Shown: in pieces, positions 30,209-39,590 of the stretch
Numbering within the stretch: the first letter of the stretch is position 1
Layout of the letters: each line of letters begins with the position of its first letter
NCBI GenBank assembly: GCA_965198065.1
Contig: CBDAON010000004.1
Coordinates: 2,592,001-2,656,000 of the forward strand
Source of the DNA: Longimicrobiales bacterium
Lineage (GTDB): Bacteria; Gemmatimonadota; Gemmatimonadetes; Longimicrobiales; Gaopeijiaceae
Reading direction: 5' to 3'
DNA: 64,000 bases
Notes under the pieces: model-generated
The model's input: the letters and a program-made list of their open reading frames with translations, nothing else
What the model was told of the DNA's origin: nothing
The model's database searches: none
Made by a program: the position numbers and the translations under genes

Positions 30209-31123
30209 TCACGATGGTCCCGTGGCCTCGTCGGCGTCCTCGTCGTCGGACGTGGGATACCGCTCCGGTGCGATCTCCCGGTAGTCCATCGAGCGGATCT
30301 CGGCTCCGCCCTCGTCCTCCTCGGGCTCGTCCAGGAGCGGGTCCTGCTCGGGGAGGCGCTCGAGCAGCCCGAGCACCGTGCTGCGGGTTACCCCCCAGAG
30401 CGTGTAGGTGCCGAGGAACGGGAAGATGAAGTACTCGGGGATCGTGAGCGCGGCCGACACGCATGCGAGGAGAATGAGCGACGACAGGGCGGCCCGGGTT
30501 CCCCTGACCGAGAGACGCGGGACGAGGGGATAGGGAACGGGGCTCAGCATGAGGAGCGCGAGCACGATCATGAGGATTCCCACGACCTGCGCGGAAGGGA
30601 CCCCGCCTAGGAGGGGCACGACGCCAGGGGCGGTGAAGAAGGGATAGACGGTGGCGAGCACCATCCCGGCCGTCGGGGAGGGGAGTCCGTGGAAGCTCCG
30701 CTTCGCGTGCCCTCCCTGCTCGACGTTGAAACGGGCGAGTCGGATGACCGTCGCAGAGACGTAGATGAACGACATCACCCAGCTCCACTGCTGGTCAACG
30801 AAAAAGAGCTGGAACGTGATGTACGCCGGCGCCACGCCAAAGGAGGTCACGTCCACGAGCGAGTCCAGCTCTGCGCCGAACCGGGAGCCCGTGGCCGTGA
30901 AGCGCGCGATGCGCCCGTCCAGCATGTCCAGGAGGGCCGCGAACACGATGCACCATGCCGCCCACTGGAAGTCGCCTCGGGCGGCCGACACTATCGCGTA
31001 CACGCCGAAGAAGAGGTTCCCGAGCGTGAACGCCGAGGGGAGGATGATGATGCCCCGCTGGAGCGCGGCCCGCCGAACGCTCGGCTCGCGAGCCGAGCGC
31101 AGGCCCCTTCGGTCCGCCGTCAT
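30209..31123 (-). CDS. pssA: CDP-diacylglycerol--serine O-phosphatidyltransferase
   Basis: LPSAFTLGN, DMLDGRIAR...FGAELDSLVD..SFG, RLARFN, FHGLPSP. Confidence 0.9.
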   Translation of the reverse strand: MTADRRGLRSAREPSVRRAALQRGIIILPSAFTLGNLFFGVYAIVSAARGDFQWAAWCIVFAALLDMLDGRIARFTATGSRFGAELDSLVDVTSFGVAPAYITFQLFFVDQQWSWVMSFIYVSATVIRLARFNVEQGGHAKRSFHGLPSPTAGMVLATVYPFFTAPGVVPLLGGVPSAQVVGILMIVLALLMLSPVPYPLVPRLSVRGTRAALSSLILLACVSAALTIPEYFIFPFLGTYTLWGVTRSTVLGLLERLPEQDPLLDEPEEDEGGAEIRSMDYREIAPERYPTSDDEDADEATGPS

Positions 31124-32094
31124 GCTGGGGTCCCCGCCTCCGGGAACGATGGCGGCTCGTAGGCCGAGAGCTCGGATCTCGTGAGGCGCCGGAAGATCTC
31201 CAGGTACCGATCCCGGGAGGCTAGGACGACCTCCGGGGCGAGGTCCGGCGGCGGAGGCGTGCGGTCCCAGTCCGGTAGCGCGTCCAGCCAGTCCCGGATT
31301 GGCTGCTTGTCCAGCGACGGAGGCGTGGCTCCGGGGTGCCATCCCTCCTTCGGCCAGTAGCGGGACGAGTCCGGGGTCATAACCTCGTCGATGAGCAGGA
31401 GGTCGCCCCCCGGAAGCTCGCCGAACTCGAACTTGGTGTCCGCGAGCAGGATCCCCCGAAGTGCGGCGAGGTCCCGCCCGAAGGCGTAGATCCGGTGGGA
31501 GAGCCCCCGCACCCGCTCCGCCGGTTTCTGCCCCAGCCGGATGACGACCTCCGCAAACGTGATGTTCTCGTCGTGACCCTCGGTCGCCTTCGTGGCCGGG
31601 GAGAAGATCGGGGCCGGGAGCTCTTGGCTCTGAACCAGGCCGGCGGGGAGGGCTTCCCCCGCGAGGGTTGCCGAGTCCCTGTACTCCGACCACGCGGAGC
31701 CGGCGAGAAAGCCCCGCACGACACACTCGATCGGCAGTGGCCGGGTCCGGCGCACGAGGAGCGAGCGCCGCGCCCAACTCTCCCTAGGGACGTCGCGGAG
31801 CCCGGGGACGCGCTCCAGGATCTCGTCCGGGCGCGCGGAGACTAGGTGGTGGGGAACGGTCGGCCCGAGCTGCTCCATCCACCAGGCGGTGAGGAGCGTG
31901 AGCACCTCGCCCTTCATCGGAATCGGCTGCCGGAGGATGACGTCGAACGCGGAGACCCGGTCCGACGCCACCATGAGGAGGAGGCCGTCCCCCGCGTCGT
32001 AGAGATCCCGCACCTTGCCCCGGTGCACGCGCTGGAGCGGGAGCGGGGAGCCGCCGCCGCCCGTTCCCTCCCGCGCCGACTCAAACACGGACAT
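31120..32094 (-). CDS. purC: SAICAR synthase
   Basis: GKVRDLY, DRVSAFD, ECVVRG, DTKFEFG, DEVMTPDSSRYW, LDKQ. Confidence 0.97.
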   Translation of the reverse strand: MSVFESAREGTGGGGSPLPLQRVHRGKVRDLYDAGDGLLLMVASDRVSAFDVILRQPIPMKGEVLTLLTAWWMEQLGPTVPHHLVSARPDEILERVPGLRDVPRESWARRSLLVRRTRPLPIECVVRGFLAGSAWSEYRDSATLAGEALPAGLVQSQELPAPIFSPATKATEGHDENITFAEVVIRLGQKPAERVRGLSHRIYAFGRDLAALRGILLADTKFEFGELPGGDLLLIDEVMTPDSSRYWPKEGWHPGATPPSLDKQPIRDWLDALPDWDRTPPPPDLAPEVVLASRDRYLEIFRRLTRSELSAYEPPSFPEAGTPA

Positions 32095-33589
32095 CGGGCG
32101 CTCCCACCGTGCGCTGCGCCTCGGCCCCGTGCTCGCGGAGGGCCGGCTCCACCCAGTCCTCGAAAAAGCGGTCCACCTGTTCCGGAGCCCGCCCGATGAA
32201 CCGGTCCGGGGTGAGCAGCGCCTGGACCTTGACCTCATCCAACCCGAACGCCGCGTCGGCCGCGATGCGCTCCACGAGATCGCCCGGCTCGCCCGCGCTC
32301 ATGCGCTCCACGGCCGCGAGGGCGTGCCGCCGGATCCGCTCGTGCAGCTCCTGCCGGTCCCCTCCCCTCTCGGTCGCCTGCATCAGCACGGTCTCCATGG
32401 CCAGGAAGGGAAGGTGAACCTCCACGTTCCGGCGGATTACGTCTTCGTGGATCTCCAGCCCCTCGGCCACGTTCTCGGCCAGAACGAGCGCGCCGTCCAG
32501 CGTGAGGTAGCCGTCTGGGATCGACAGGCGGCGGTTCGCGGAATCGTCCAGGGTTCGCTCCAGCCACTGGGTGGCGGCCGTCATCGCCGGATCCTGGTAG
32601 AGCGAGATCACGTGCCGCGCGAGTGCGCAGATGCGCTCCGCGCGCATCGGATTGCGCTTGTAGGGCATGGCCGAGGAGCCGATCTGCTCCTCCTCGAAGG
32701 GCTCCTCCACCTCACCGAGATGCTGGAGCAGTCTCAGGTCGTTCCCGAGCTTCGAGAGCGAGGCCGCCGTTCCGGCGAGGGTCCCGGCAATGGCCGCGTC
32801 CACCTTGCGAGGGTACGTCTGCCCGCCCACGCCGTAGGTTTCCGGTAAGCCGACCTTCGTCGCCACGAGTTGGTCTAGCGCCTCGACCTTCGCGTGATCC
32901 CCATGGAAGAGCTCGAGGAACGACGCCTGCGTACCGGTAGCCCCGCGGACTCCGCGGAATCGGAGCGTCTTCAACCGGAAGCCGATCTCCTCCAGATCGA
33001 GCAGGAGGTCCTGGATCCAGAGGGTAGTCCGCTTTCCGACCGTGGTAGGCTGGGCGGGCTGAAAGTGCGTGTATGCCACGGTCGGGAGGGCTCGGTGATC
33101 CCGGGCGAACGTGGCGAGCGCCCGAACGCATCGGACGACCCGGGCGCGCACGATGGCCAGCGCCTCTCGATGGAGGATCAGATCGGTGTTGTCGCCCAGG
33201 AAGGCCGACGTAGCCCCGAGATGGATGATGCCGCGGGCGGCCGGAGCCGCGTCACCGAAGAGGTGAACGTGTGCCATGACGTCGTGGCGGAAGCGACGCT
33301 CGTAATCGGCCGCGCGGGCGAGGTCCAGGTCGTCCACCGCCGCGCGCATCTGGCGCAGCGCCTCCTCGGAAATCGAGAGCCCGAGCTCCTTCTGGGCCTC
33401 GGCCAGGGCGACCCAGAGCCGCCGCCAGGTGCCGAAGCGGTGGCGGGCGGAGAACACGGACTGCATCTCCCGCGAGGCGTAGCGCTCCGCGAGGGGGTGC
33501 ACGTAGGACGCTGGTCCGGATTCGGTCACGTGGCCGCCGCTCCCCGGCTGCGGGTCACGCGCGGCCCGGACCTCGTCCGCGTCATTCAC
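32081..33589 (-). CDS. purB: Adenylosuccinate lyase
   Basis: PLAERYAS, RHDVMAH, IHLGATS, THFQPAQ, signature SSAMPYKRNP; alternative start GTG 33529. Confidence 0.97.
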   Translation of the reverse strand: MNDADEVRAARDPQPGSGGHVTESGPASYVHPLAERYASREMQSVFSARHRFGTWRRLWVALAEAQKELGLSISEEALRQMRAAVDDLDLARAADYERRFRHDVMAHVHLFGDAAPAARGIIHLGATSAFLGDNTDLILHREALAIVRARVVRCVRALATFARDHRALPTVAYTHFQPAQPTTVGKRTTLWIQDLLLDLEEIGFRLKTLRFRGVRGATGTQASFLELFHGDHAKVEALDQLVATKVGLPETYGVGGQTYPRKVDAAIAGTLAGTAASLSKLGNDLRLLQHLGEVEEPFEEEQIGSSAMPYKRNPMRAERICALARHVISLYQDPAMTAATQWLERTLDDSANRRLSIPDGYLTLDGALVLAENVAEGLEIHEDVIRRNVEVHLPFLAMETVLMQATERGGDRQELHERIRRHALAAVERMSAGEPGDLVERIAADAAFGLDEVKVQALLTPDRFIGRAPEQVDRFFEDWVEPALREHGAEAQRTVGAPDVRV

Positions 33590-35207
33590 CGAGCACGAAC
33601 TCCTGGGTCGCGATCAGCTGGCCGTTCCGCTCGAGCACGAACTGGATACGGGTGCGCGCGGGGATCTGGCGAAGGAGCGTGGAGAGCTCCTCCGCGCTCC
33701 GGATCGGACGCCGTCCGACGCTTAGGATGACGTCTCCCTCGCGGAGGCCGGTTACGCTCTCGATCTGAGGGGACGAGATGCCCACGACCAGCGCCCCGCT
33801 TTCGGAGCCGATGCGGCGCTCGGCACGGATCGCCGGCGTCAGCGTCACCAGGTCCAGCCCATCGAAGAGGCGGACGCGCTCGGCCCGGAGGGACGGAATC
33901 TCCTCGGCGCTCATCGGCACCGCGCGGGCCCGGCCCTCGATGATCACGGACACCGCATCGCCGACCTGCAGGTCCAGGAGCGCTGCGTCGAAGTCGAGCG
34001 GTGTGACGAGCCGGGTCCCGTTCACCTCGAGGAGACGGTCGCCAGCCTCGATGCCTGCGCCGGCGGCCGGAGACTCGGGCGCGACCTGGGCTACCCGCAC
34101 TTCCCGGGTCCGGCCGAAGGCGTCGGCCTCCTCGGGCTCCGCGTAGATACCGACCCAGGCGCGGCGCACCTGCCCGTAGGCGAGGATGTCCTCGGCGATG
34201 CCGAGCGCCCGCTCGATGGGGATCGCGAACCCCATCCCCTCGCTCCCCCCGCTCCTGGAAAAGATCGAGGTGTTCATGCCGATTACCTGGCCGTCGGCGT
34301 TCACCAGGGGGCTGCCTGAGTTCCCCGGATTGATCGCGGCGTCGGTCTGGATCATCCCCAGGTAGAAGCCTCCCTCGTCGCCCGACGGGACGATGTGCCT
34401 GCCGATCGCGGACGTGACGCCCACGGTGACCGTCGGCTCTGGGTTCGAGAGCAGGTTCCCGAAGGGGTTCCCGAACGCGATCACCCACTCGCCGATCCGG
34501 AGGTCGGCTGTGTTCCCGAGGGGCGCGGCGGTAAGGTTCTCGGCGTCGATCCGGAGGACCGCCACGTCGGTGAGCTCGTCCGTGCCCACGAGCTCCGCTC
34601 CGGCGTCCCGCCCGTCGGGGAAGGTGACGAGGATCTGCTCCGCCCCCGCCACGTCGGTGAGCTCGTCCGTGCCCACGAGCTCCGCTCCGGCGTCCCGCCC
34701 GTCGGGGAAGGTGACGAGGATCTGCTCCGCCCCCGCGACGACGTGGTCGTTCGTGAGGATGATCCCGGACGGGTCGATCACGAACCCCGAGCCGAGGGAG
34801 GGAACCCGGCGCGCCTGGGTCGAGCTGAACGCCCCGAAGGGGAAGAAGCTGAGGAACGGATCCGCGACGCGAACCTGCTCCGTCCGGAGCACGTTGACCG
34901 CCACGACCGACGGCGAGACCAGCTCGGAAGCCCGGACGATCGCCGTCTCTCGACTCTCCGAGATCTGCCGGCCGGCCGAGGAACCCGTGCCCGCTCCGGT
35001 CTGGGGCCGGAGGGGGGCGGCGCCTGCCCTCGCTGACAGGCCGGGCGGAGAAGCCTCGGGGTCCGTCCCCACGGCCTCGCCGGTGGAGAGTGCGCTCCCG
35101 ACGTCGCATCCGGCCAAGGATCCGGCCAACCCCAGGGCTGCGACCACCAGCCAGGACAGCGCCCAAGAGGCGGGGCACGACGTCGGAATCCGAACGACCG
35201 GCTTCAT
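33582..35207 (-). CDS. HtrA/DegP-family serine protease with two PDZ domains, probable lipoprotein; carries an internal 29-aa duplication
   Basis: GSGFVI, LTNDHVV, DVAVL, IQTDAAINPGNSG, PDZ motifs; LAGC lipobox; ATG 35207 after GGAGG. Confidence 0.95.
   Translation of the reverse strand: MKPVVRIPTSCPASWALSWLVVAALGLAGSLAGCDVGSALSTGEAVGTDPEASPPGLSARAGAAPLRPQTGAGTGSSAGRQISESRETAIVRASELVSPSVVAVNVLRTEQVRVADPFLSFFPFGAFSSTQARRVPSLGSGFVIDPSGIILTNDHVVAGAEQILVTFPDGRDAGAELVGTDELTDVAGAEQILVTFPDGRDAGAELVGTDELTDVAVLRIDAENLTAAPLGNTADLRIGEWVIAFGNPFGNLLSNPEPTVTVGVTSAIGRHIVPSGDEGGFYLGMIQTDAAINPGNSGSPLVNADGQVIGMNTSIFSRSGGSEGMGFAIPIERALGIAEDILAYGQVRRAWVGIYAEPEEADAFGRTREVRVAQVAPESPAAGAGIEAGDRLLEVNGTRLVTPLDFDAALLDLQVGDAVSVIIEGRARAVPMSAEEIPSLRAERVRLFDGLDLVTLTPAIRAERRIGSESGALVVGISSPQIESVTGLREGDVILSVGRRPIRSAEELSTLLRQIPARTRIQFVLERNGQLIATQEFVLGE
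34559..34736. repeat. Perfect 87-bp tandem duplication inside the htrA-like gene
   Basis: Identical units at 34561-34647 and 34648-34734; protein reads VAGAEQILVTFPDGRDAGAELVGTDELTD twice. Confidence 0.97.
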
Positions 35208-35262
35208 GGTTACCTCCGCTCTCTCTCCTTCCCGTTCCGGATTGCTCCCGGGCACACCGAGC

Positions 35263-35919
35263 TCAGATCTCTTTCCCGAGCGACTTCCAGTCGGCGAGGA
35301 ACTGGTCCAGTCCCCTGTCCGTGAGCGGGTGCTTCAGGAGCTGGTACAGCACCTTGGGCGGCAGAGTTGCGCAGTCGGCCCCGATCAGCATGGCCTCGCG
35401 CACGTGGCGCGGGTGTCGGAGCGAAGCCGCGAGGACCTCGGTCTCGATCCCGTATTCGTCGTACACGGACCGGATCTCCTCCACGAGCTCCATCCCGCTC
35501 TGTCCGACGTCGTCCATTCGGCCCACGAACGGGGAGATGTACGTGGCCCCGGCCTTGGCCGCGACGAGCGCCTGCACGGTGGAGAAGCAGAGCGTGACGT
35601 TCACCCGGATCCCTTCCGCCCGGAGGCTCCGACAGGCTCGAAGCCCGTGTTCGGTGAGCGGTGTCTTCACCACGATGTTGTCGTGGATCTCCGCGAGCTT
35701 CTTCCCTTCTCTCACCATGCCTTCGGCGTCGAGCGCGATGACTTCGGCAGACACGGGCCCGTCCACGGCCTCGCAGATGGCGAGGAAGATCCCACGCGGA
35801 TCCGCGTCGCCCGCGACCTGGGCCATGAGCGAGGGATTCGTGGTAATCCCGTCGATGAGACCCGCCTCGGAGGCGCGCCGGATCTCGGCCAGATCGGCCG
35901 TGTCCAGAAAGATCTTCAT
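35263..35919 (-). CDS. tal: Transaldolase / fructose-6-phosphate aldolase family protein
   Basis: MKIFLDTA, GITTNPSL, NIVVK, NVTLCFS, SPFVGR, AASLRHP, HPLTD.G. Confidence 0.93.
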   Translation of the reverse strand: MKIFLDTADLAEIRRASEAGLIDGITTNPSLMAQVAGDADPRGIFLAICEAVDGPVSAEVIALDAEGMVREGKKLAEIHDNIVVKTPLTEHGLRACRSLRAEGIRVNVTLCFSTVQALVAAKAGATYISPFVGRMDDVGQSGMELVEEIRSVYDEYGIETEVLAASLRHPRHVREAMLIGADCATLPPKVLYQLLKHPLTDRGLDQFLADWKSLGKEI

Positions 35920-36785
35920 CCGCTCCCCCCCAGAGTTGGCGTGCGTTTCCGCGGGCCGGCCGATCTCGCCTCGACTCCGGCGTCTCTCGGATCCCGGTCG
36001 GAGTCGTCCCCGAGACGAGCGAGGGGATACTCCACGTGGGTCAGAAAGAGCCCCTCGGGCGGGGCGGGGGGCGAGGTGACAAACCCCCCGCCGCGGCTGT
36101 CGAGGAGCACCCTCATCTCGTCCAGGGAGCGCTTCCCGCGCGCCACTTCGACCATCGTCCCTACCAGGTAGCGCACCATGTGGTGGAGGAAGCGGTCCGC
36201 CGTGACGACGAACCGGAGCCCCGGCCCGGTCCAGGGCCGCCATCGAGCTTCCGTGACACGGCAGCGCTCGCCACGATCGGGCTGACCCGACTTAGCGAAG
36301 CTCTGGAAGGATCGCTCTCCTGGAATCATCTCGGAGGCCTCGAGCAGGAGCTCCCGATCGGGCGGGGCGGCGGACACGTTCCAGCACCACGGGTGGAAGA
36401 AAGGGGAGGCGGCCTCCCGCTCCGTGCCCAGTCGGTATTCGTAGCTGCGCGCCATAGCGTCGTAGCGGGGATGGAAGCGCGGCTCAGCGCGGCGCGCCTC
36501 GGATACCCAGATCTCAGCCGGGAGACGAGCGTTCAGGGCCGCGCGAAACTCTGCCGCGGACCAGCGCTCCGGAACGTCCACCGAGGCGACCTGACCGAGG
36601 GCGTGCACCCCCGTGTCCGTCCGTCCCGATCCCGTCACGAGGCGCGGGGCCCCGGTCAGATGGAGGAGCGCTGCCTCAATCTCCCCCTGAACGGTCCGGT
36701 CCGACTTCTGTCGCTGCCATCCGCGGAAGGGCGCACCATCGTACTGCACGGTTAAGCAGAAGCGCAGGAGCTCCGGGTCGGTCAC
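35916..36785 (-). CDS. truA: tRNA pseudouridine(38-40) synthase
   Basis: YDG..F.GWQ.Q, GRTDTGVHA, FLHHMVR, APPEGLFL. Confidence 0.97.
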   Translation of the reverse strand: MTDPELLRFCLTVQYDGAPFRGWQRQKSDRTVQGEIEAALLHLTGAPRLVTGSGRTDTGVHALGQVASVDVPERWSAAEFRAALNARLPAEIWVSEARRAEPRFHPRYDAMARSYEYRLGTEREAASPFFHPWCWNVSAAPPDRELLLEASEMIPGERSFQSFAKSGQPDRGERCRVTEARWRPWTGPGLRFVVTADRFLHHMVRYLVGTMVEVARGKRSLDEMRVLLDSRGGGFVTSPPAPPEGLFLTHVEYPLARLGDDSDRDPRDAGVEARSAGPRKRTPTLGGSG

Positions 36786-36791
36786 GCCGAA

Positions 36792-36819
36792 AAGGTAGAT
36801 CGGCGGTAGGCGATGTCAA
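36792..36819 (-). promoter_or_regulatory. sigma70-type promoter of truA (leaderless spacing)
   Basis: On the minus strand TTGACA-N16-TACCTT-N6-GTG; no SD. Confidence 0.7.
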
Positions 36820-37083
36820 GCGAGGTTCGGGGGCTACGACGGAGGGCTGTCCGAACCCGCGCCACGGCCAGAGAGTCGCCCGTTTCCGCGACCTTCCGTA
36901 CCAGCGTCTGGTCTCGGCCACCGACTTGTTGGCGAGGTGGCCCGGACGCAGCCGCAAGCTCGTGCCCTTCCTCGTGGCGCACTCGCGAACCAGACTCCGT
37001 TCGCCGTGATGGCGCATGTTGGTCAAGATTCAGCTTGAGGATGGGCATCGCTTCGACCCAGCTGGAATGCGAGGACTGGCGAG

Positions 37084-37710
37084 ATGGGAACGGACCTTAA
37101 GGACCACTGGGAGAAAGTGTATGCTGCCAGGGCACTAACCGATGTGAGCTGGTATCAGTCCGATCCACGCCTCTCTCTCGACTTGGTTACGCAGGTAGCT
37201 CCGAGCAGGTCGTCTCGCATCATCGATGTGGGCGGTGGCACCTCCTCGTTGGTTGATCGACTGGTCGAATTGGGCTACAGCGGTCTTACCGTCCTGGATC
37301 TCTCGGGACGCGCCCTTTCGGTCGCGCGACGTCGCCTGGGTGACCAGGAGGCACCTGTCCAATGGTTGGAGTCGGATGTGCTTAGGGTCACGTTGCAAGG
37401 GCGATACGACGTCTGGCACGACAGAGCGGTCTTCCACTTCTTGATCGACCGGGATGATCGCCGCCGGTACGTTGATAAAGCCGCGCGGTCGGTACGCCCA
37501 GGCGGCCATGTCATCGTGGCCACCTTTTCGGACGGTGGTCCGACCAAGTGTAGTGGCCTGGACGTGATGACGTACAATCCGCAGAGTCTTCAGAGCGAGT
37601 TCGGCGACCGATTCGAGCTCCATGGAACTCACTACGAGATGCACGAGACTCCTGCTGGATCGACGCAGGCTTTTGTGTACTGCTCATTTCAGACGACGGC
37701 CACACCGTGA
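37084..37710 (+). CDS. Class I SAM-dependent methyltransferase (TehB/TPMT-like)
   Basis: HWEKVY...VSWYQ, IIDVGGG, VLDLS, WHDRAVFHFL, GPTKCSGL; visibly more A/T-ending codons than its neighbours. Confidence 0.9.
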   Translation: MGTDLKDHWEKVYAARALTDVSWYQSDPRLSLDLVTQVAPSRSSRIIDVGGGTSSLVDRLVELGYSGLTVLDLSGRALSVARRRLGDQEAPVQWLESDVLRVTLQGRYDVWHDRAVFHFLIDRDDRRRYVDKAARSVRPGGHVIVATFSDGGPTKCSGLDVMTYNPQSLQSEFGDRFELHGTHYEMHETPAGSTQAFVYCSFQTTATP

Positions 37711-37809
37711 GCCCACCGGGTCTCGGCTGTACCCTGGTCACGGCGCAGTCGAGAGTCGGACTCAGGGAACCCGGAAGCCCGGTCGATCACTCAATAGGAC
37801 GTCAACGTC

Positions 37810-38847
37810 ATGGAGCTTTCAACGCTCATCGGGAAGGTCACGGAGGGGCACGATCTGAGCGTCCCCGAGGCCACCGCGGCCTTCGGCATGGTCATGTCGG
37901 GGGACGCGTCACCCGTGCAGATCGCGGCTCTGCTTGCCGCGCTCCGTACGAAAGGACACGCGGCCTCCGAGGTGGCCGGCGGGGTCCAGGCCCTCCGGGA
38001 CGAGATGATCCGGGTGGAGGCCTCGACCGACCGGGTTCTCGTTGACACCTGTGGGACGGGGGGTGGCTCCGTCACCACGTTCAATATCTCGACGGCCGCG
38101 GCTTTCGTCGTGGCCGGGGCGGGCGTCGGGGTCGCGAAGCACGGGAATCGGTCCTTCACGTCGAAGAGCGGGAGTGCCGACGTGCTCGAGGCCCTCGGCG
38201 TGAACATCCAGCTCACCGCAGACGCCATGGGACGCATCCTGGGCGACATCGGGATCGTGTTCATGTTCGCGCCCCTCCTGCACCCGGCCATGCGCCATGT
38301 CGGCCCCGTCCGGAAGGAGCTGGGCATCCCCACGATCATGAACCTGCTCGGGCCGCTCACGAACCCGGCGGGGGTGAGGCGGCAGGTGGTGGGGGTCGCG
38401 GACCCGGCCCTGGTGCCCCTGCTCGCAAGCGCGCTCCGTGAGCTCGGGCACGAGCGTGCGATGGTCGTGCACGGAGCTCCCGGGATGGACGAGCTGAGCC
38501 CGCTTGGGTCCACCCGGGTGGCCGAGCTCGTGGACGGGGAAGTGCGGGAGTGGAGCGTGCGTCCCGAGGAGGTCGGGGTGCCGCTCGCGTGGCCGGAGGA
38601 GATCGCCGGCGGGTCGCCCGAGGAGAACGCGATCCGGATCGAGGCCGTGCTCGGGGGCGAGGATACGGGCGGGGCGCTTTCCGTGACGCTCCTGAACGCG
38701 GCGGCGGGTCTTTACGTGGCCGGAGCCGTTTCGTCGCTCGAGGAAGGAGTGGATCTGGCCCGCGAGGTCATCGCCTCCGGGGCGGCGCGCCGCTCGCTCG
38801 AGGCTCTAGCTCGGGCGGCTTCGTCCGAGCCCGCTCCCGAATCCTGA
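37810..38847 (+). CDS. trpD: Anthranilate phosphoribosyltransferase
   Basis: DTCGTGG, FNIST, KHGNR, SGSADVLEALG, NLLGPLTNP, DE. Confidence 0.98.
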   Translation: MELSTLIGKVTEGHDLSVPEATAAFGMVMSGDASPVQIAALLAALRTKGHAASEVAGGVQALRDEMIRVEASTDRVLVDTCGTGGGSVTTFNISTAAAFVVAGAGVGVAKHGNRSFTSKSGSADVLEALGVNIQLTADAMGRILGDIGIVFMFAPLLHPAMRHVGPVRKELGIPTIMNLLGPLTNPAGVRRQVVGVADPALVPLLASALRELGHERAMVVHGAPGMDELSPLGSTRVAELVDGEVREWSVRPEEVGVPLAWPEEIAGGSPEENAIRIEAVLGGEDTGGALSVTLLNAAAGLYVAGAVSSLEEGVDLAREVIASGAARRSLEALARAASSEPAPES

Positions 38848-38958
38848 TCAGCGCGGCGACCGACCACGGTCCGGGCGGCGGCCGGAGATCGGGCCCTCGG
38901 GTCACAATGACCTTCGAGAGGCTCCCCCGGATCGAGCCCGCTGCAAAGGGGGTGCGCA

Positions 38959-39567
38959 TCAGTAGCGACGGATCACGCCCACCACCACGCCCTGGACGCG
39001 GACGCGGTCGGCCGCGAAGAGCATCGGCTGAAGCCTTTCGTTCGCCGGCTGTAGCCGGACGCGTCCCTCGGGCTCCCGGTAGAACTTCTTCACGGTTGCG
39101 GAGTCGCCGTCCACGAGGGCCACGACCATCTCGCCGTCCTCAGCCGTCGAGCGGCTGTTCACTATGATGTAATCCCCGTCCCGGATCTGCTCGTCGATCA
39201 TCGAGTTCCCCGCGACCCGGAGCACGTAGTTTTCGCCACCCTTCCGGAGCAGGTCGGGGGGGACGAGGATCGATTCGCGGTTCGAGATCGCCTCGATGGG
39301 CTGCCCCGCCGCGACCTCGCCCAGGAGAGCAAGCTCGACCCCTGCGGGGGCCGAACCGGCGTCCACGAGCTCGATCGATCGGCTCTCGTTGTATGCCTTC
39401 CGGATGTAGCCCTTGCGCGCGAGATTACTTACATGTTCGTGGACGGTGGCCAGGGAGCCGTACCCGAACGCCGCCGCGATCTCCTCGAAGCTCGGTGCGT
39501 ACCCGCGATCCTCGATGTATCCACTCAGGTAATCAAGGATCTCCTTCTGTCGTTTGGTCAGAGCCAT
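38959..39567 (-). CDS. lexA: SOS transcriptional repressor LexA
   Basis: LTKRQ.EIL, wHTH (PSFEEIA...SLATVHEH), cleavage site VAAG, catalytic GNSM and TVKK; GGAGG RBS. Confidence 0.97.
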   Translation of the reverse strand: MALTKRQKEILDYLSGYIEDRGYAPSFEEIAAAFGYGSLATVHEHVSNLARKGYIRKAYNESRSIELVDAGSAPAGVELALLGEVAAGQPIEAISNRESILVPPDLLRKGGENYVLRVAGNSMIDEQIRDGDYIIVNSRSTAEDGEMVVALVDGDSATVKKFYREPEGRVRLQPANERLQPMLFAADRVRVQGVVVGVIRRY

Positions 39568-39590
39568 CCGCGCCTCCGGTGAAAGCTGGC

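Noticed and set aside
34305..34330. HtrA catalytic motif GNSGSPL instead of GNSGGPL
   Set aside because: Catalytic Ser is retained and GNSGSP occurs in other active trypsin-like proteases
36782..37100. Short ORFs upstream of the methyltransferase (36813-37100 plus, 36782-37048 minus) and weak flanking similarities (GAGAGTCG at about 36871 and 37751)
   Set aside because: No recognisable motifs, they overlap the truA promoter, and an 8-bp match is too short to call a target-site duplication
38896..38918. Hairpin CTCG-GGTCA-caa-TGACC-tt-CGAG between convergent trpD and lexA
   Set aside because: Short bulged stem without a U-tract; not enough to call a terminator
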